A stretch of 63,508 nt of DNA, the filler included, from Reticulomyxa filosa (lineage: Eukaryota; Protista; Foraminifera): assembly GCA_000512085.1 (NCBI GenBank). It is 20 parts of 20 records of this genome, joined end to end, with 100 filler letters (N's around TTAATTAATTAA, not from the genome) between each part and the next. Parts side by side here need not be neighbours in the genome. Positions count along the whole stretch, not along the records: positions 62,258 to 63,508 come from ASPP01026173.1; 19 more parts are not named here. The stretch is one strand, 5' to 3'. The position numbers were made by a program, and so were the translations under genes. Of this stretch, positions 62,258-63,508 are shown in pieces (positions within the stretch are counted from its first letter, which is position 1; each line of letters begins with the position of its first letter). The notes under the pieces were generated by a model that was given only the letters and a program-made list of their open reading frames with translations, was not told the DNA's origin and did not search any database.

Positions 62258-63450
62258 TCAGGAAGCCTTTGAAAAGACATAATTAATAAAGTATAAATAA
62301 ATATATAAATGTATATATAATAAAAAATACCTCCAATTCCACCAAAATCCTTTTAACAAATTGAGCATCTTCTTGTGATCTATCAATAACAAATTCTAGT
62401 TCAAATCCATAATTTTTATATTGTGAAGCAAGCCATTCAAGAAATTCATTTTATTGAATAATTTACCAAATAAGACCAGTAGAATGATCTTTTAAGAAAT
62501 CATTAGAATGTTGTAATTCTTTAGGTAAGATAAATTTCTTTTTTCATCATTATTAATAGGATGTTTAATTTGTATTCTTAAAAGATCAAACAATACAAGT
62601 TTCTAAAGCGCCCATTTCCATAGCACGAATAGTATCACGATAACCAAAACAATATTTATTAGTATCTTTAGCAATTTCTTGCATAAAGTCAATTAATGAT
62701 TTTTTTTCACGAACAAATTTAACATTAGCTAAAGCATCTTTACTTAATTCAACAATTTTAATAACAATAGATTTAATCTACATTCTGTGGATTTTTTGCT
62801 GAAAGAGGCGCACAAACTGTAATACAAAAGGTTTTCGATCTTTTGAGCAATTTAAAACAAGAGAATAATAAATTAAATAAAAGAAAAACAAATAACAGAA
62901 TTCAACAAGTGAAAGAGGAAAGACAAGTCGTGAAAGTAAGTGTTATTAGAATAAAGAGGTTCCAAAGTTCACTTGGATTTTGCGAGAACTGCTTATTACG
63001 ACATATCATGAGTACTACAAATCTAAAATATCACTATTAAATAAATCATTTTTAAAACTAAATCTTCTATATTAGGTAAATCATTTATTATAAATGTTTT
63101 GTAGCAGTTTCTGCACTTTACGTACATTATTATGTCTTTTTTCCATAAGCAATCTAGCAAAACTTACTGATGATTGACCTCACCATGTTTTTTTGATATC
63201 TACTGTAAATTTTTGTAATATATTACATGTACTACCAGATAATGTACCATATAAACAACAATTACCATCCATTATTATAAAATCAATGTAGCATCACTTT
63301 CTAATAACTCATTTAATGGTTCTACATGAAATGTATTAGCACATAAATATGATGATGTATTTATATGTTTAAATGGTTCAAAATGTATTGACATTTTTTT
63401 TTCTTTCCATCATCTGTTATTATTGTACCACAATATACTACTAAACCATT
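62258..63450 (-). pseudogene. ETF1: Eukaryotic release factor 1 pseudogene
   Basis: NGLVVYCGT, FEPFK.IN..YLC.N.FH, IMDGN..LYGTL, KHG*GQSS.SFARL (GGQ motif destroyed), LANVKFVREK, YCFG..DT.RAMEMGA and EFV.DRSQE.AQFVKGFGGIG are recognisable. It has many frameshifts and one retained intron (~62267-62330). Confidence 0.93.
62786..63019 (+). mobile_element. Diverged solo LTR inserted in the eRF1 pseudogene
   Basis: Reads TGTGG...TGTAATAC.AAA...CTACA with flanks ATTC/AATC (4-bp TSD, one mismatch). Excision restores eRF1 FKNDLFNSDILDCRL. Confidence 0.75.
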
Positions 63451-63466
63451 TTTAAGTACTTTATTA

Positions 63467-63508
63467 CAGTAGATTGCAAAAAAAACTGCCAACCTAAATG
63501 GCACTATA
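63467..63508. mobile_element. MITE terminus at window end
   Basis: TA followed by CAGTAGATTGCAAAAAAAACTGCCAACCTAAATGGCACTATA matches 6800-6843. It interrupts the eRF1 remnant. Confidence 0.8.

Noticed and set aside
1-63508. tRNA, rRNA or telomeric repeats
   Set aside because: None recognised by eye. tRNAscan-SE and Rfam were not run, so small RNAs could be missed.

Overview
This is not one locus. It is 20 short contigs of an AT-rich, intron-containing eukaryotic genome, joined by 19 artificial 100-bp linkers (N44-TTAATTAATTAA-N44). Gene families, short AT-rich GT-AG introns and many decayed genes point to a foraminiferan, most like Reticulomyxa filosa (inference, no database check). Housekeeping-type genes: an ERMP1-like M28 peptidase, a Furry/TAO3-like protein, a Qc-SNARE, a DAGL-like class-3 lipase and a cytidine-deaminase-like protein. 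There are also eRF1, PP2A-B56, ankyrin, CAP-Gly and WD40 pseudogenes, and at least three repeat families (solo LTR, Tc1/mariner-type MITE, a double-hairpin module). The main candidate for an undescribed system is an innate-immunity-like toolkit. Two paralogous NLR-like STAND proteins carry an N-terminal C4 zinc domain and a RelA/SpoT-type (alarmone synthetase) nucleotidyltransferase ahead of NACHT; one continues into pentapeptide repeats and a hypervariable, concertedly evolving WD40 array. The second, which also has a CUE-like N-terminus, lies head-to-head with a PB1-like/caspase gene and near a RING-TRAF-WD40 ligase on the same contig (46.2-55.5 kb). A caspase-TRAF-zinc-finger fusion and a possible CARF-like deaminase occur on other contigs. 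All domain calls are by eye from motifs.
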